Made by a program: the position numbers and the translations under genes
Origin: Octopus bimaculoides
Taxonomy: Eukaryota
Direction: 5' to 3'
Length of the DNA stretch: 64,000 bases
Assembly (NCBI RefSeq): GCF_001194135.2
Contig: NC_068990.1
Location: 36,980,084-37,044,083 of the forward strand
In this document: positions 10,297-22,794 of the stretch, piece after piece
How the letters are laid out: each line of letters opens with the position of its first letter
How positions within the stretch are numbered: the first letter of the stretch is position 1
The notes under the pieces: generated by a model
The model's input: the letters and a program-made list of their open reading frames with translations, nothing else
What the model was told of the DNA's origin: nothing
The model's database searches: none

Positions 10297-10570
10297 GTGA
10301 AAAATAAATGTAAGACTAAAAATGTAATATACAGATATAAAGTTACATCTGAGGGTGATGAATACTTTTACATTGACGGGACATCATTAATTTTCATGAG
10401 GAGACTGGCAAATCATTTAAGCTCATTTAGAGATAAAAATAAAAGATTCCAAACAAATCTTAGTAAATTAATCTGGTCTATTAAAGACAGAAACAAAGAC
10501 TATACTATCAATTGGGAATTAATTTGTACTGCAAAACCCTACAGACCTGGAACTAAGAAATGTGACTTAT
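10297..10570 (+). pseudogene. PLE GIY-YIG endonuclease fragment
   Basis: KCKTKNVIYRYKVT...YFYIDGTSLIFMRRLANHLSSF...TNLSKLIWSIKD...INWELICTAKPYRPGTKKCDL. It is open for ~90 codons and then cut by a SINE. Confidence 0.85.
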
Positions 10571-10978
10571 CTTTCTTTTGTCTTTTATTTACCCGTTTTA
10601 GTCATTAGACTGCGGCCATGTTCAGGCACTGCCTTGAATTGTTAGCCGAATGAATCAACTCCAGTACTTTTTTTGTTAAGCCTGGTACTTATTTTATTGG
10701 TCTCTTTTGCTGATCTGCTACATTATGAGGACATAAATACACCAACACCATTCGCCAAGTGGTGATGAGAGGACAAACACAGACAAACACACATAGATAT
10801 ATATACATATATATATGACAGACTTCTTTCAATTTCTGTCTACCAAATCAGCTCACAAGGCTTTGGTTGGCCTAAGGTTATAGCAGAAGACACTTGTCCA
10901 AGGTGTCACACAATGGGACTGAACCCAGAACTACGTGGTTGGGAAGCATGCTTCTTACCACACAGCCACTTCTGTGCC
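10571..10978 (-). mobile_element. SINE family A, full length
   Basis: Reverse complement of 1709-2122, ending ttaccacacagccacttctgtgcc. Confidence 0.9.
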
Positions 10979-11643
10979 CAAACCTATGTTTAGAAAAATT
11001 TTACCAGATTTTTACATCTATGGGTAATGTAATAAATTTCAGACAAGAACAAGCTTTGAGATGTTTATACATGAGGAAATTCGCATTTGCCCAGCATTTA
11101 TGAATGATAAACATTTAAACAAAAAAAAAAAAATGTTTTGAAATAATGGACTATAAGTGATTATCCAAACAAAACTTGAATTGAAGATTGTTTGCGTCTA
11201 ACTTAATCAACAACTGTACATCATACAATGCAGAGTAGATAAACAAAAAAAAACAACTTTAAACAGTTAAATCAAAGGATATTAAGTAAAGACCCTGAAG
11301 AAACTTTACTGGTATAATAGTAGCGTTGCAGTTGCAGTGGTTACTAATCAGTGCAGCTGAAACATGTGTAGGTCTATGCAAAGCTGTATATGCATAAAAA
11401 GAATTAAAGATAATGCTAAGCAACTTCATAATAATCCTTATTATTATTATTATTGTTGATATCATATACTCCACGAAACCTATGTAGTAAAGGCAATATA
11501 TTAAGAATTATCCAACAGAATATATCTCTAAATTCTTATCATATAAGAATATTATTGGATTTATATATTATCTGTTGAATAACCCATTTTGAATATCTAA
11601 CTGAGAGCCAACCAGTAAACATTTGGAGTAATCCCTAACAATT

Positions 11644-11700
<57 letters not shown>

Positions 11701-11706
11701 AATATA

Positions 11707-12020
11707 TATCATCATCATCATCATCATCATAATCGTTTAACATCTGCCTTCTGTGCTGACAATTGGTTGGACGGTTTGACAGGAGCTGGCCAGGCAGGAG
11801 ACTATACCAGACTTCTGTGTTTGTGACAGGGTTCTTATGGTTGGATGCCCTTCCTAACACCAACCACCAAGCTGAGTGGACTGAGTGCTTTTTTACATGG
11901 CTCAAGCATAGGTGAGGTCAGTTTAGTATGTTTTTTGGGGGCTGAATGTCCTTCCAAATGCCAACCACTTTACACTGTGGACTGAATGCATCCTAAGTGA
12001 CACCAGCATTGGCAGGGTCA
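11707..12020 (-). mobile_element. Family D element with duplicated internal module
   Basis: (ATC)n-gtttaac...ggatgcccttcctaacaccaaccac, followed by a second tgtccttccaaatgccaaccac module. Confidence 0.7.
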
Positions 12021-12165
12021 CCATGTAACTTGCAAGATAAAGATTTTTTGAGAGGGAAGGGAGCATTGGAGGAGGTGATCTTGTGTCAGATGATGTAAGG
12101 TTATAGTGAGTCAGTGAGACAGAAACAGGTGTCTTGCTATAAGGGAGGTACATGGCTACCCAGCC

Positions 12166-12204
<39 letters not shown>

Positions 12205-12394
12205 AAGAGAGACAAAAATGAGGACAGAAATAGGTGCGCTGCTGTAAAGGAGATACATGGTTACCTAATCTGAGGGAAGAGCAGAAGGAGAGGGAGAGAG
12301 TGGGATACAGCAGGAGTGAAAGAGAGAGCAGGAGAGAGATGGTGGCAAAATGTTGGGCATACTCACAAGGGTTGGGAATCAGAATATAAATGGG

Positions 12395-12425
<31 letters not shown>

Positions 12426-12599
12426 TGTGTGTTAGACTTTCCTATCATAGATGACAGATTAAGGTTCCACAGTTTTATGCTGAACTACCTTCGTAGTTGA
12501 TGAAATGTTTCTGCTGTACATTGGTTCACTTCCTCAATCACAATCAACATTCTCTGTAATGGTGCCAATTATGTCACACATCCGATGTCAAAGTGATCG

Positions 12600-12718
12600 C
12601 GAAACAGTGTGAAATGAAGTGTCTTGTTCAAGAAAAAAAAAAAAAAATATCGCTCAGTCAAGGAATATAAGCCGCGATCTTCTGATCATAAGTGCAACAC
12701 TGTAACCACTTGGCCATG
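12600..12718 (-). mobile_element. tRNA-like SINE head of another family
   Basis: The minus strand has A-box tggccaagtggtta and a degenerate B box; no tRNA 3' acceptor arm is evident. Confidence 0.55.
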
Positions 12719-13445
12719 TTCGATCATATACAAATATGTGATTGCATGTGTGCATGCATGTGTGTATGTGTGTGTGTGTGTAGTGAGATGTTTGTGTGCA
12801 TCTGTTTGTACATGTCTATATGCAATTGTTCATATACATCCAGTAATGCATATCATTTGCAAAAATGTAAAAAAAAACGGTGCATACGATTGAGAAGATT
12901 ATCTGTGAATGGTTGTAAATTCATAAAAATAAACTTTGCAGAATTTCTTATCATTTTCAGCTTTTCCCAAATCTTCATACAAACTGATTTAAATTCCAAG
13001 TTTTTAGAATATACCCTGATAAGTATAGAAGGAAAATAATTCCAAATACATTAGCTGGTTGATAAGAAACATATTATAGATCTTTAATTTAATTGAATTC
13101 TCTCGCGTTTTTAAACCATTAATTACTTTTCTAAGATATGCAGCAATAGCAAGAGAATATTCTAGAGAGTCTAGAAAAAGTATGATAGCCACAAGAAAAG
13201 TTTTTTAGATACATCTGAGCAAAAATTTCATTATAACCTAGTCACTAGTAAATTACAGGATCATTCAATATCATAAGTCTCTTACCATTCCCAACAATCA
13301 CCTTTGGTGTGAGCCAATCTACTAGAGTTGTGTTGTACTGTTATGCATATCAATGGTCTTTAGCCATTAAGAACTGTGATGAATGACATTATATCAGAGA
13401 ATAACTTACAATTTACTTACAATTATATAAAAGCACCCATACAGT

Positions 13446-13617
13446 GAAATGTAAAAGCATCCAACACACTCTGTAAGGTGGTTGGTGTTAGGAAGGGCAT
13501 CCCACCATAGAAATCATGTCGAATCAGACTGGAATCTGGTGCAACTTCCTAGCTTGCCAGCTCTGGTTATACTATCCAAACCCATGCCAGAATGGACAAC
13601 AGATGTTAAATGATGAT
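13446..13617 (+). mobile_element. Family D element, 3' part
   Basis: gtaaaagca...gtggttggtgttaggaagggcatcc...cccatgccag.atgga...gttaaatgatgat. Confidence 0.75.
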
Positions 13618-14677
13618 AGTGAATAACAGTGACATCAGTCAAGATGCCAGCTAAATCGCACAATTCACACATGGAGAAGATCTTAGCTGTATAGCTTGAT
13701 GTCAGTGTGAGGGGCTACTTACTTAAGAGGTTCTCCATATTTCTGAGATGTGTAGCTACTATGTTATGTGGTCATAATAGAAACTGTGTTTATGTAGATG
13801 ATCATTTTAAAATATAGGAGTTAATTATGGGGTATAGCAAAAATAGGAAATTTTAGGAGGAAAATGTCCTATTTACTTATAAAATGAACTATTTTTTAAA
13901 ATCAACTCATGCTGAAATCAGCATTACTTCTGAGTCCTCTGAGGTTTAGAAAACAATTTTCAATAGTTGATTAAATTAAGTGCATCCTTTCTATACAACC
14001 CTTAGCCAAAATGAGTATGGAAGAATTTCTATTTAAATCTAGAGGCAAAGTAACAGAAATGAGATTAAATGGATTAAATGAGTAATTATATTTATTTGAT
14101 ATTTTCTGTGTTTATAGGTCAAAACTTGCAGTGATTTAATTGACCTTTATTCTCTTTTACTAAAACGCTCTCCTTAGTTAACTTTGCAGATTTTTTTCTT
14201 CACAAGTCTGAATTTTTTAAATTTCAAATTCAGTTATGGTATATGTGGAATTAGTGTCTTATTTTACCTAAATTTTCATAGCTTATGCAGAGAAGGAAGA
14301 GTAGCGACATGTCCCTAGTAACAATTCCACAAAATGTACTGGCCATCTTGAGGCTACAGTAGAAAAAAATTGTCAAAAATGCCAAAAATTGTCAAAAAAA
14401 ATTGTCAAAACTCAAAATCATGTGGTTGCAAAGTAAAACTTATTGACTTTATGTACCTACCGAATATACTGGAAATAATTCAACTGAGTGGTATTTAATT
14501 GGCTTCTGAAGGATAAAACTCAAAGCTACCTAGAATGAGAACATTATTCATAACTGGTACTTTCACTGGGTCTTGTGCTGAGCATTTTACAAACAAGAAA
14601 CATCCTCATAAAATTGTCTTGTACTAATACAATTCTTGGGAATGACATCACCTTCTAAGTCTTAATCTTTGCTATTG

Positions 14678-14679
<2 letters not shown>

Positions 14680-14758
<79 letters not shown>
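14680..14758. repeat. (TA)n microsatellite (representative of dozens of TA/GT/GA/GATA tracts)
   Basis: Pure TA dinucleotide run. Confidence 1.
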
Positions 14759-14769
<11 letters not shown>

Positions 14770-15311
14770 TTATATATATAAATATATATATATGTATACC
14801 TATCTATATATATACATATGTGTATATGTATATATAACACCATGGTACCTTAGCAAAGTGTTTTCTTCTATGCCAACCAATTACCTCATGAATGGATTTT
14901 GGTGACCTGTCGCACACACACACAAACATGTGCTTACATGCATGCACGTGTGTGTGCATGCACACATATGCATATCCATATGTGTGTGTGTTTCTGTGTT
15001 TATTTACACTTGTGCTTCACGGAAAACTTTGACCTACACGCAGTGATGTCATTTTTTCTGTTAACAAATTGACCACTGATTTTGCACCTCACAAGGTGAG
15101 TGAAAGGAGAAATGGTTTAAAAGAAATTTAAATGAGGTTCAGTGACAGAATTGCAATGCAGCTGAAAGACAGCATCTCAGTAATATATTCACCTAACGCA
15201 TGCTAGCATGGAAAAGCAGACAAAAAAGAAAAAAAAGTAATGAACAATATATGGTGTCCGTAAGAAGTAAACTATTATTACTCTTGATATTAAATCTGTG
15301 GTTTAATGCTG

Positions 15312-15525
15312 TGTGTTGTCAGATCTGTTAGGATGCTGGACAAAGTGCTTAGTAGCATTTTCATCTGTCTTTATGTTCTGAGTTCAAATTCAGCTGAGGT
15401 CAATTTTGCTTCTCATCCTTTCGGACTCAGTAACATAAGTACCACTCAAGTACTGCAGTCAATGTAATTGAAATACCCCATCACCACCCTGAAAATTTCC
15501 AGCCTTGCACCTGTAGCAGAAAGTA
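15312..15525 (+). mobile_element. SINE family B, diverged
   Basis: ttctgagttcaaattc...tttgcttctcatcctttcgg...taagtacc, homologous to 32453-32676. Confidence 0.75.
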
Positions 15526-16160
15526 TATTAATATCTGTGGAACTGATGAAGAAAAAGGGTAAACATGTAACAGTGTTTAGTTCTAAGTGGATTGTGAGTT
15601 CAAATCCTTTGAAGATCAACATTTCAATTCATTAACCAAAACGTAAATACCAGTAATTATGTATGGCTGTATTATTGAAATAGTGAATGGCTTTTATGCT
15701 GATTACATTTTAAGTAGTTATATACCTACACACACAGATACACACATGCACATATACATATACGCACATGCACATATACATATACACACACACACTACTA
15801 TAACCACCACCACCACCACCACCATCATCTTCATCATCATCATCACTACTGCATTATTTTCCCTGTCTAGGTTGCTGCTGGTTGGAAAGGTCTGCAAACA
15901 CATTCTATCACAATTTCTCTCAACCTTTTATACTCACACCAGTGAAAAGCCTGAGATCAGATGTCACACTTCCTTTGATGTATTTATTCATCTTGCTCTA
16001 CTATAAAAATCTCTCTTGGTCAGTTCTTAGACTTTCCTCACCTAGATGTCATAGTGTATGCTCACTTCACAGTTCAAAGCAAGTACAACTATTCTTCTTT
16101 TATACACTGACTTTGCTTTTAATCAACATTTGTTCTGTCAGGTCTTCTTAATGTTATCGC

Positions 16161-16400
16161 TGTTGTTGTTTAGCCCCAAACTCAGCTTTGATTATACATT
16201 CCAAGAATCAAAAGCAGTCTAAGAGTAAAAGTACCATATTCTGTATATCAAGCATTATACTTTACCATTATGTTGTTGGTGAACATATCCATATTTCCTT
16301 TTATTCCTCCTCAACATCTATGGAGTATACAAACTTCCACTTTTCTAAAACAATAGTTTTGAGTAGATTTGAAGGAGATTTGGTTTCTATTTCTAGCAAG
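16161..16400 (-). mobile_element. SINE-like family C
   Basis: Begins (TTG)n-tttagcccc and includes gaaggagatttggtttctatttctag; homologous to 3000-3215. Confidence 0.5.
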
Positions 16401-17079
16401 TCGACTGACCATGTAGAAGATCCCTCGTCGACTTGGTGTTTTCTCACTCTATGCTGTCTGTAGACATTAATATGACATATTTAATGGTTCAGGTTATTGC
16501 GAGATATTGCACAACTAACAGGTCATATCTATTTCTCTTGTCACAGAACTTCCAGTATTCTGTAGCTATTCGGCACTCATCACCCATGTCTCACAATCAA
16601 AATTAATCTAGTTTTACTTCTAAATTCTCACTCAGTTTGAAATCTTACTATGCATCCTCATTATTTCCATGATTGTTACTAGATACGAAGAAATTGGATT
16701 TATCCAATTTTCAATAATCTTAGTCTAAACTATTTAGTAATCAACTTCTATTATAAGCTTCAATAAGCTCTTTAATGTTCGCTAACAATTTTAATGTTTT
16801 TTCTTGTTAGTTATTTAAAGAACATTAATTCACTATTTTAAGATTTAATTTCATTTAGGAATATACACTGTGGAATAATGTTTGCAAAGTAGATTTTCTC
16901 AAAATACTATGGTAACACTGGTGTGTAAGTAATACTGGCTATGTTATTGAAGATGCAAGAATACGATGGCTATGTGGAAGTAGGTCTCAGTATATACCAA
17001 GCTCTGCATCAGAAGTTACCAGTGTATTGTAAGTAATTTACTGAGTTTCTATGCAGTAATATTTAGACTACACTGCATC

Positions 17080-17410
17080 AGTTTACTCAGCTGTCAGCAA
17101 TAAATAACAGATTGATACGGTTCAGTCACACACCAGTTGTGTGTCAGCATATTTTGGTGTCAATAATGGGTGCCAGATCAAAGTGGTTTAGGTTCAGAGA
17201 ACAGCCCACCAGTTAGTTTACCTAACTGTCAGTAATAAATAACAGATCAATATAGTTCAGTCACACACCATAGTCTATCAATTGGTTAATCTTGGTGTCA
17301 ATAATAGGTGTCAAATCAATGTGGTTTAGTCTGAAACAACTGACCAACAAACAGTCAGTTTACCCAGATGTCAGTAATAAATAACAGATCAATGTGATTC
17401 AGTCACAGAC
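17080..17410 (+). repeat. Diverged tandem repeat, ~135-142-bp unit, ~2.4 copies
   Basis: Units start at 17080, 17215 and 17357 with agtttac...tgtcag.aataaataacagat...ttcagtcaca.acc. Confidence 0.85.
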
Positions 17411-18630
17411 CTCAGTCCACCAATCAGCTCACCTAGCCGTCTCTTAAGATACTAAGTATGTACACTAATTTATTGCCATGTCAAAATCAATGTCAATTAT
17501 ACACTGCCTTTAAGATGGCATCTTCAAGCTGGATGTGCTGAAAAGAGTAGTCCAATCTTCATTAATTCACAATCTAAATGGATATTTAAAAATACATACA
17601 TGCACACGCACGCATGCACACACACACACACACACACACACTCAAAGGACATTGGGCTATTATATGGAATACACTGAGTGCAAACATGCTATGTTAAAGA
17701 CAACATAATTGACACTGATATTGAGCTATGATCATGATCATCACCATCTCTGCTAAGCTTGCCTAAGTCAGACAGAATTTGTTAAGGAAGATTGTCTACA
17801 AATGGATGCACTTCCTGCTGCCAGCCACCACAGGTTTCCAAGCAAGTATTAATTTTTTCATGGTCAGGCATATATTCTCTGATGTTTGTTGGAAATGAAG
17901 GACACTACTTGTATGATGGTGATTAGCCCTTTACAGCTATTGCACACATATGCACATGCACATATGCACACACACAGACACACAACTAGAACACGATTCT
18001 TTCAGTTTCCATTATACAGATTCATTCACACTGAAAGCTGTGAATGCCTTTCTTCATAAGGAGCTTGTGACAGTTTAAAACTATTGATGAAATTCAAGCT
18101 TTAACTGATTACACAATGGAGAAATCTTATATGCAATTCTGAAAGATATATGGTCCACAGAAAGATGGCAGAAAGAGATTTAGTTTTGAAACTATGATGG
18201 ATTTTAAACGTATTAAGGGAACTCTCTAGGATCTTATTGGATACTGCTTGTGATAGAGCATGTCTCTTGTTTGATGTTATTGTGTGAGCTGCATTGTCTA
18301 AGGATGTGACTTCACTATCTTCATGGATGAAGGGAAAAAACTAAGATTTAATTCTAATTTGTTTGTAATTTAATAGGTAGTCAAAAATAAATAAATAAAA
18401 ATAAAAATTAAAAGTATTGGCAACAATTGGATTGTATGAAAATTAGAAGTAAGGTATATATAGATAACTTTAAGGGTGCGATTTAGATGGAGAAAATAAT
18501 GGAGATAATCCTCTTTTAATCAACTAAGTATAACGAACCTGTATTCTTGAATCTTTAATAGAACTGAAATGGAAGAAGCTGATACTTTTAGAAAAATAGT
18601 TATTTCAATTTTTTTCCACAATGGCAGCTT

Positions 18631-18740
18631 GGGGCAAGTGTGGATGAGTCGATTACATCGACTCCAGTGTTCAACTGGTACTTATTTTATCAAACCCAAA
18701 AGAATGGAAGGCAATGTTGAATTTGTTGGAATTTGAACTC
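18631..18740 (-). mobile_element. SINE family B, central fragment
   Basis: gtcgattacatcgactccag...ctggtacttattttatc...ggaatttgaactc. Confidence 0.7.
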
Positions 18741-18939
18741 CATTAATACCATTAAGCCTTTTCTATTTTTAGAAAATAATGATTTAATAATTATTGTTTG
18801 ACTGAAGTGAGTAAACTAAGGTGTTGCTTTAAAGTAGAATTACTAATTAAGAAGACTAATTAAGAAGTTAGGATATACTGGTGTTAAAGGGTTAATGTAA
18901 GTAGGTAAATTAGAGTCCTTAAATCTATAACATACAGAT

Positions 18940-19132
18940 CAGTGGTGTATGGTGGTTGTTGTTCTGGGTGTTCTGCCACACCCAATGCCACAAAATTTCA
19001 AGCAGGGTATAACAAAGGCTTTCCTTTAAGATTTGTGATTAAATTAATGAATAAGGTTAATATCTATAATGAATTTGCCATTTTCAATGGGTGTACAGCT
19101 CACACCTGGCACATCCAGAATATACACCCCTA
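18940..19132. mobile_element. Old hAT-type MITE
   Basis: Degenerate TIRs (cagtggtgtat.../...atacaccccta) and a candidate 8-bp TSD, atacagat (18932-18939) / atacaaat (19133-19140). Confidence 0.6.
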
Positions 19133-19197
19133 ATACAAATAGTTATTTATGTGGATAATTTTCTGGTTAGTTGTGCATGCAAAATTCACAAGCACTT

Positions 19198-19606
19198 ATC
19201 ATCATCATCATTGTCATCATCGTTTAACGTCTGCTTTCCATGCTAGCATGGGTTGGACGATTTGACTGAGGACTGGGGAACCAGATGGCTACACCAGGCT
19301 CCAATCTGATCTGGCAGAGTTTCTACAGCTGGAGGCCCTTCCTAAGGCCAACCACTCTGAGAGTGTAGTGGGTGCTTTTACATGCCACCTGCACAGGAGC
19401 CAGTCCAGCAGCACTGACAATGACCTCACTTGAATGTTTTTTCACGTGCCACCAACCCAAATGCCAGTAAGGCAATGCTGGTAATGATCATACTTAAATG
19501 GTGCTATTTACGTGCCACTGGCATGGAAGCCAGTCAGCTGCTCTGGCGATAATCATAATCATGCTCAGACGGTGCTGTTAGCACTCCACTGGCACGGGTG
19601 CCAGTC
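19198..19606 (-). mobile_element. Family D element with ~60-bp internal tandem modules
   Basis: (ATC)n-gtttaacgtctgctttccatgctagcatgggttggacg..., then about four ggtgc.ttttacgtgccac...gccagtc modules. Confidence 0.85.
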
Positions 19607-20576
19607 ATTGAATTTGGTTCAATTACGATGTATATTAGAAGTCCTTTCATTTTTTGCATTTAGCATCAATTCTTTAGCATGTAAGTTGGATATGTTCTCA
19701 GTTGTGCATAATAAATTTCAGGAACTCTTATAAGTCATATATGAATTCTCTTTTAATACAATTGTCTAATTTAGTTAACAGATTCAGTTATAATTTTCCA
19801 AATCCCAAATAAACTAGGAAAAGTAATGTTCATTTCTTAAGTTAAGAGGGATTTGTTGTTAAAATGTAATTTGAAAGATAAAGAAGTTAGGTCTATGTAA
19901 GTATGTGATGAATTAATAGCTTTTATATTATATTTACAAATTATATCATGAGCTAAGAACTTAGAATCTAGGCAAATTAACACCTGGATTTTAAGACCTG
20001 TCAGTTATTTGCATGGATCAAGAGGATCAGTGCAAATTTAATTTGTTTCTTGGTTTAAGTCATAAAAGTTAATGCGAATTAAAATTATACATGTCAGAAG
20101 TTGTGTGCATGAAAATTTAATGCAGTTGAATTAGAAATTTTAAACTGTTCCTATTGAAAATTTAAATTATCTGTGCTGCAGATGGAATTTTTAAAATAAA
20201 TTTTAAAATATCTTATCTCTCTATTGGTTGTATTATATTAAAAGTGGGCTATATCAAATGACATTTGCTTATTTCTACAAGTGTGTTGGTGGAGTATTTT
20301 CACTTCCAGGCTCAGTCTAGAAGTTTTTCTCTTTAAATTCACTTCTAGTTTGGGCTTCATGATAATAAAGAGGTTTGGCAAAATTTTACCAAATGCCAGA
20401 GACTTTAGAGAATATAAGAGAGGTACACATTATACGGTTGTTTAAAAATTTCTAAACTAATTAGGAAGTAATCAATTATTTTGTCCCTTTTCTTCTTTAT
20501 CTTTCTTCCACACAAAAGTTGTTGAAATTTGAATATCATATCAACATATCTACATATATTTATATATATATATATT

Positions 20577-20613
<37 letters not shown>

Positions 20614-20650
20614 ATGTGCATGTGTGTGTGTGTGCATGCGTGTGTGTGTA

Positions 20651-20686
<36 letters not shown>

Positions 20687-20690
<4 letters not shown>

Positions 20691-21984
20691 GTCATCCCAT
20701 AAGTTCTGTCCGAATTTTGAATAAAGAAAACAAGTGATCAAATGTTATATTTAATTGAAATTTAATCATCAATGTACTTTCGCTGATTATCTATGATTTC
20801 TTTCCACCTATTTACAAGCTTTTTAATCCCATCAATGTAAAACTCTTTTGCTTTCAAAGCGAAGAACTCTGAAATGTCAGTTTTGACCTCCTCCTGGGTT
20901 GCGAAAGTTATATCCCCCAAATGATTCTGTAAACTATGAAATAAATGGTAGACTGAAGGAGCAAGGTAGGGAGAATAAAGTGGATGAGGAATTTTTTCCC
21001 AACCAAGCTCTTCAATCTTCTGTGATGTAAACTTTGCAGTGTGGGGTTGCGCATTGTCCTGATAAAACGTCACTCCTTTACGAGTCGCTAAATCGGGTCT
21101 TTTTTTCTTCAAAGCTTGGTTCAAACACTCTAATTGCTTACAGTAGACTTGAGCATTGAGTATTGCATTAGGTGGTAACAATTCAAAGTGAATAACTCCT
21201 TTGCAATCCCACCAGATAGAGAGAGAAGAACCTTTTTTCCATGAAGTTCCCTTCTCGGTTGTGGTTGAGCTTTTTCCCCTCTTACCAAGCCACTGTTTAT
21301 GACGTTTAACATTTTGATAGAAGATCAATTTTTCGTCACCAGTCACAAGTCCATCCAAAAAGGGTGAAATGAGTTCACGAGAATGGAGAGAAAAGCAGAT
21401 GTCAACTCAAGATTTGCAGTTACTTTCGGACAATTCATGAGGCACCCATTTTCCAAGTTTAGGAACTTTTCCAAGTTGTTGAAGATGATGATGAACAGTT
21501 GTATGGTTTGAACTAAGCTTTATTGCCAATTTTTCAACTGATAATGCAGGATGTTCTTCAAGTAATGCCTCAAGAAGCTTATCATCAAACTCAACTGGAT
21601 GTCCAGTTCGATCTTCATCATCAAGGCTGAAATCTCCACTTCTGAATTTTGCAGACCATCTTCTGCAAGTTCTTTCATTCAAGCATTCTTTCCCATAAAC
21701 TGAGTATATGTTTTGAGTCACTTCGGCTGCAGAGTTTCCTTTTTTGTACTCATAAAGCATTATGTGCCTTAAATGCTCTTTAGATACTTCCATGTTATAA
21801 AGGGTTTTAATCAAAGTAATTTTAACTCTATTATTCTGTAAAATAATATTTAATTAGTTTAAATGTACACAAATGCATAAAAATAATTTTTAATTCCATT
21901 AGATATTCTAGAATACTATTGAATTTCATTCAATTTTAAAAATGGTAAAAGGTAAAATCGGACAGAACTTATGGGATTACCTGA
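20687..21984 (-). mobile_element. Full-length mariner (Tc1/mariner, DD34D class) transposon, 1298 bp
   Basis: 27-bp TIRs tcaggt(c/a)atcccataagttctgtccga with one mismatch, TA on both sides, and a transposase with WVPHEL, TGDEK and DNA.PH motifs. Confidence 0.95.
20762..21793 (-). pseudogene. Mariner transposase pseudogene
   Basis: Split between ORFs 21407-21814 and 20762-21358 with further frameshifts. YSPDLAPSDY has become YSPYLAPSVY, so the third catalytic Asp (34 residues after the second) is Val. Confidence 0.92.
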
Positions 21985-22044
21985 TATATATATATATATA
22001 TATATCCATATACACACACACATACTTGTACAAAAGTTAAACAT

Positions 22045-22732
22045 GAGCAACTCCAAGTTTCATGCTTGGCTGGTGCAGTAATCATTTAGGCTTGTATAAC
22101 ATACTATCGACAATCTGGCAACTATTCAGGCTCAGAGGTTCTGGCTTCTCCATGAGGAGATGCAATAAAATAAGAACAAGAAAAAATGTCAAAAAGAATG
22201 AGAAGAAAAAATTGAGAAAGAGTATTAATGTTGAGTGTTTACTTCTAAAATAATCACGCCTAGTTTGAGAATGACTAAGCAACATTAAACAGTGTATCTG
22301 ATCCAGTGAGGAGGGTGTCTATCAGTTCAGTAACAGAAACATGTCAAGATCGCTACATTGTATAAACATTTTTGATATCAAGTTTAGTAGATCAATGTAG
22401 TTCTTCAATCTAATGAGGATGCATGTCCTTTCAATTAAATAGAGCTTTTGGTTTTTAAACACCTAATGCAAGTCCTAGCACTCTCTAATATACTCCACTT
22501 CAAGTCAAGTTATGACTTGCGAGCTTCATGTGTTTCCTTTTGCATATATATTTGAAAGAAGACCAGTGGTTGACATATCACTTTTTGAAGTTACTTTCAA
22601 GTAATCCAATATATTTATACCTTTAGTTTTCTTCTTTGGTGGAACAAAGGTGACCTTGACATCATAGATGACTGAGCTAATCATGCATGCCTGGTTTAGT
22701 GGGCAATTATTGAAATTCCTGAGGTTACAGTT
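22045..22732 (-). mobile_element. PLE relic: GIY-YIG domain plus 3' region (left arm of an inverted pair)
   Basis: CNLRNFNNCPLNQACMISSVIYDVKVT; after a frameshift KYIGLLESNFKK*YVNHWSSFKY; then ERTCIL...IDLLN. Confidence 0.8.
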
Positions 22733-22794
22733 TGGTGAAGGTACCTTGTGTGGCTTACATGAAAAGATATTTTGCATATTAGTGCCACAGCTTC

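Noticed and set aside
13004-13192. Possible L1/Tx1 RT fragment (LEYSLAIAAYLRKVINGL...IKLKIY)
   Set aside because: Lacks both QG.PLS and YADD, so it is not distinguishable from chance by eye.
15044-15095. Candidate 52-nt exon (cag...AAG/gtgagt, DVIFSVNKLTTDFAPHK)
   Set aside because: Splice-like words are expected by chance at this density, and I recognise no homology.
15543-15549. Isolated CTGATGA (others near 62496 and CTGAAGA near 2766, 11295, 25944)
   Set aside because: No helix II plus GAAA in register.
16397-16435. 9-bp stem caagtcgac/gtcgacttg
   Set aside because: Short, and lies at the edge of a SINE-like repeat; no independent support.
17080-17410. CRISPR-like repeat-spacer interpretation of this or the 51160-51420 and 61653-61775 arrays
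   Set aside because: Whole units are homologous with no unique spacers, the context is eukaryotic, and there are no cas genes.
19267-19290. CTGAGGA followed by a ctgg/ccag hairpin in family D
   Set aside because: No GAAA after the hairpin and no helix III or helix I, so it is not a hammerhead.
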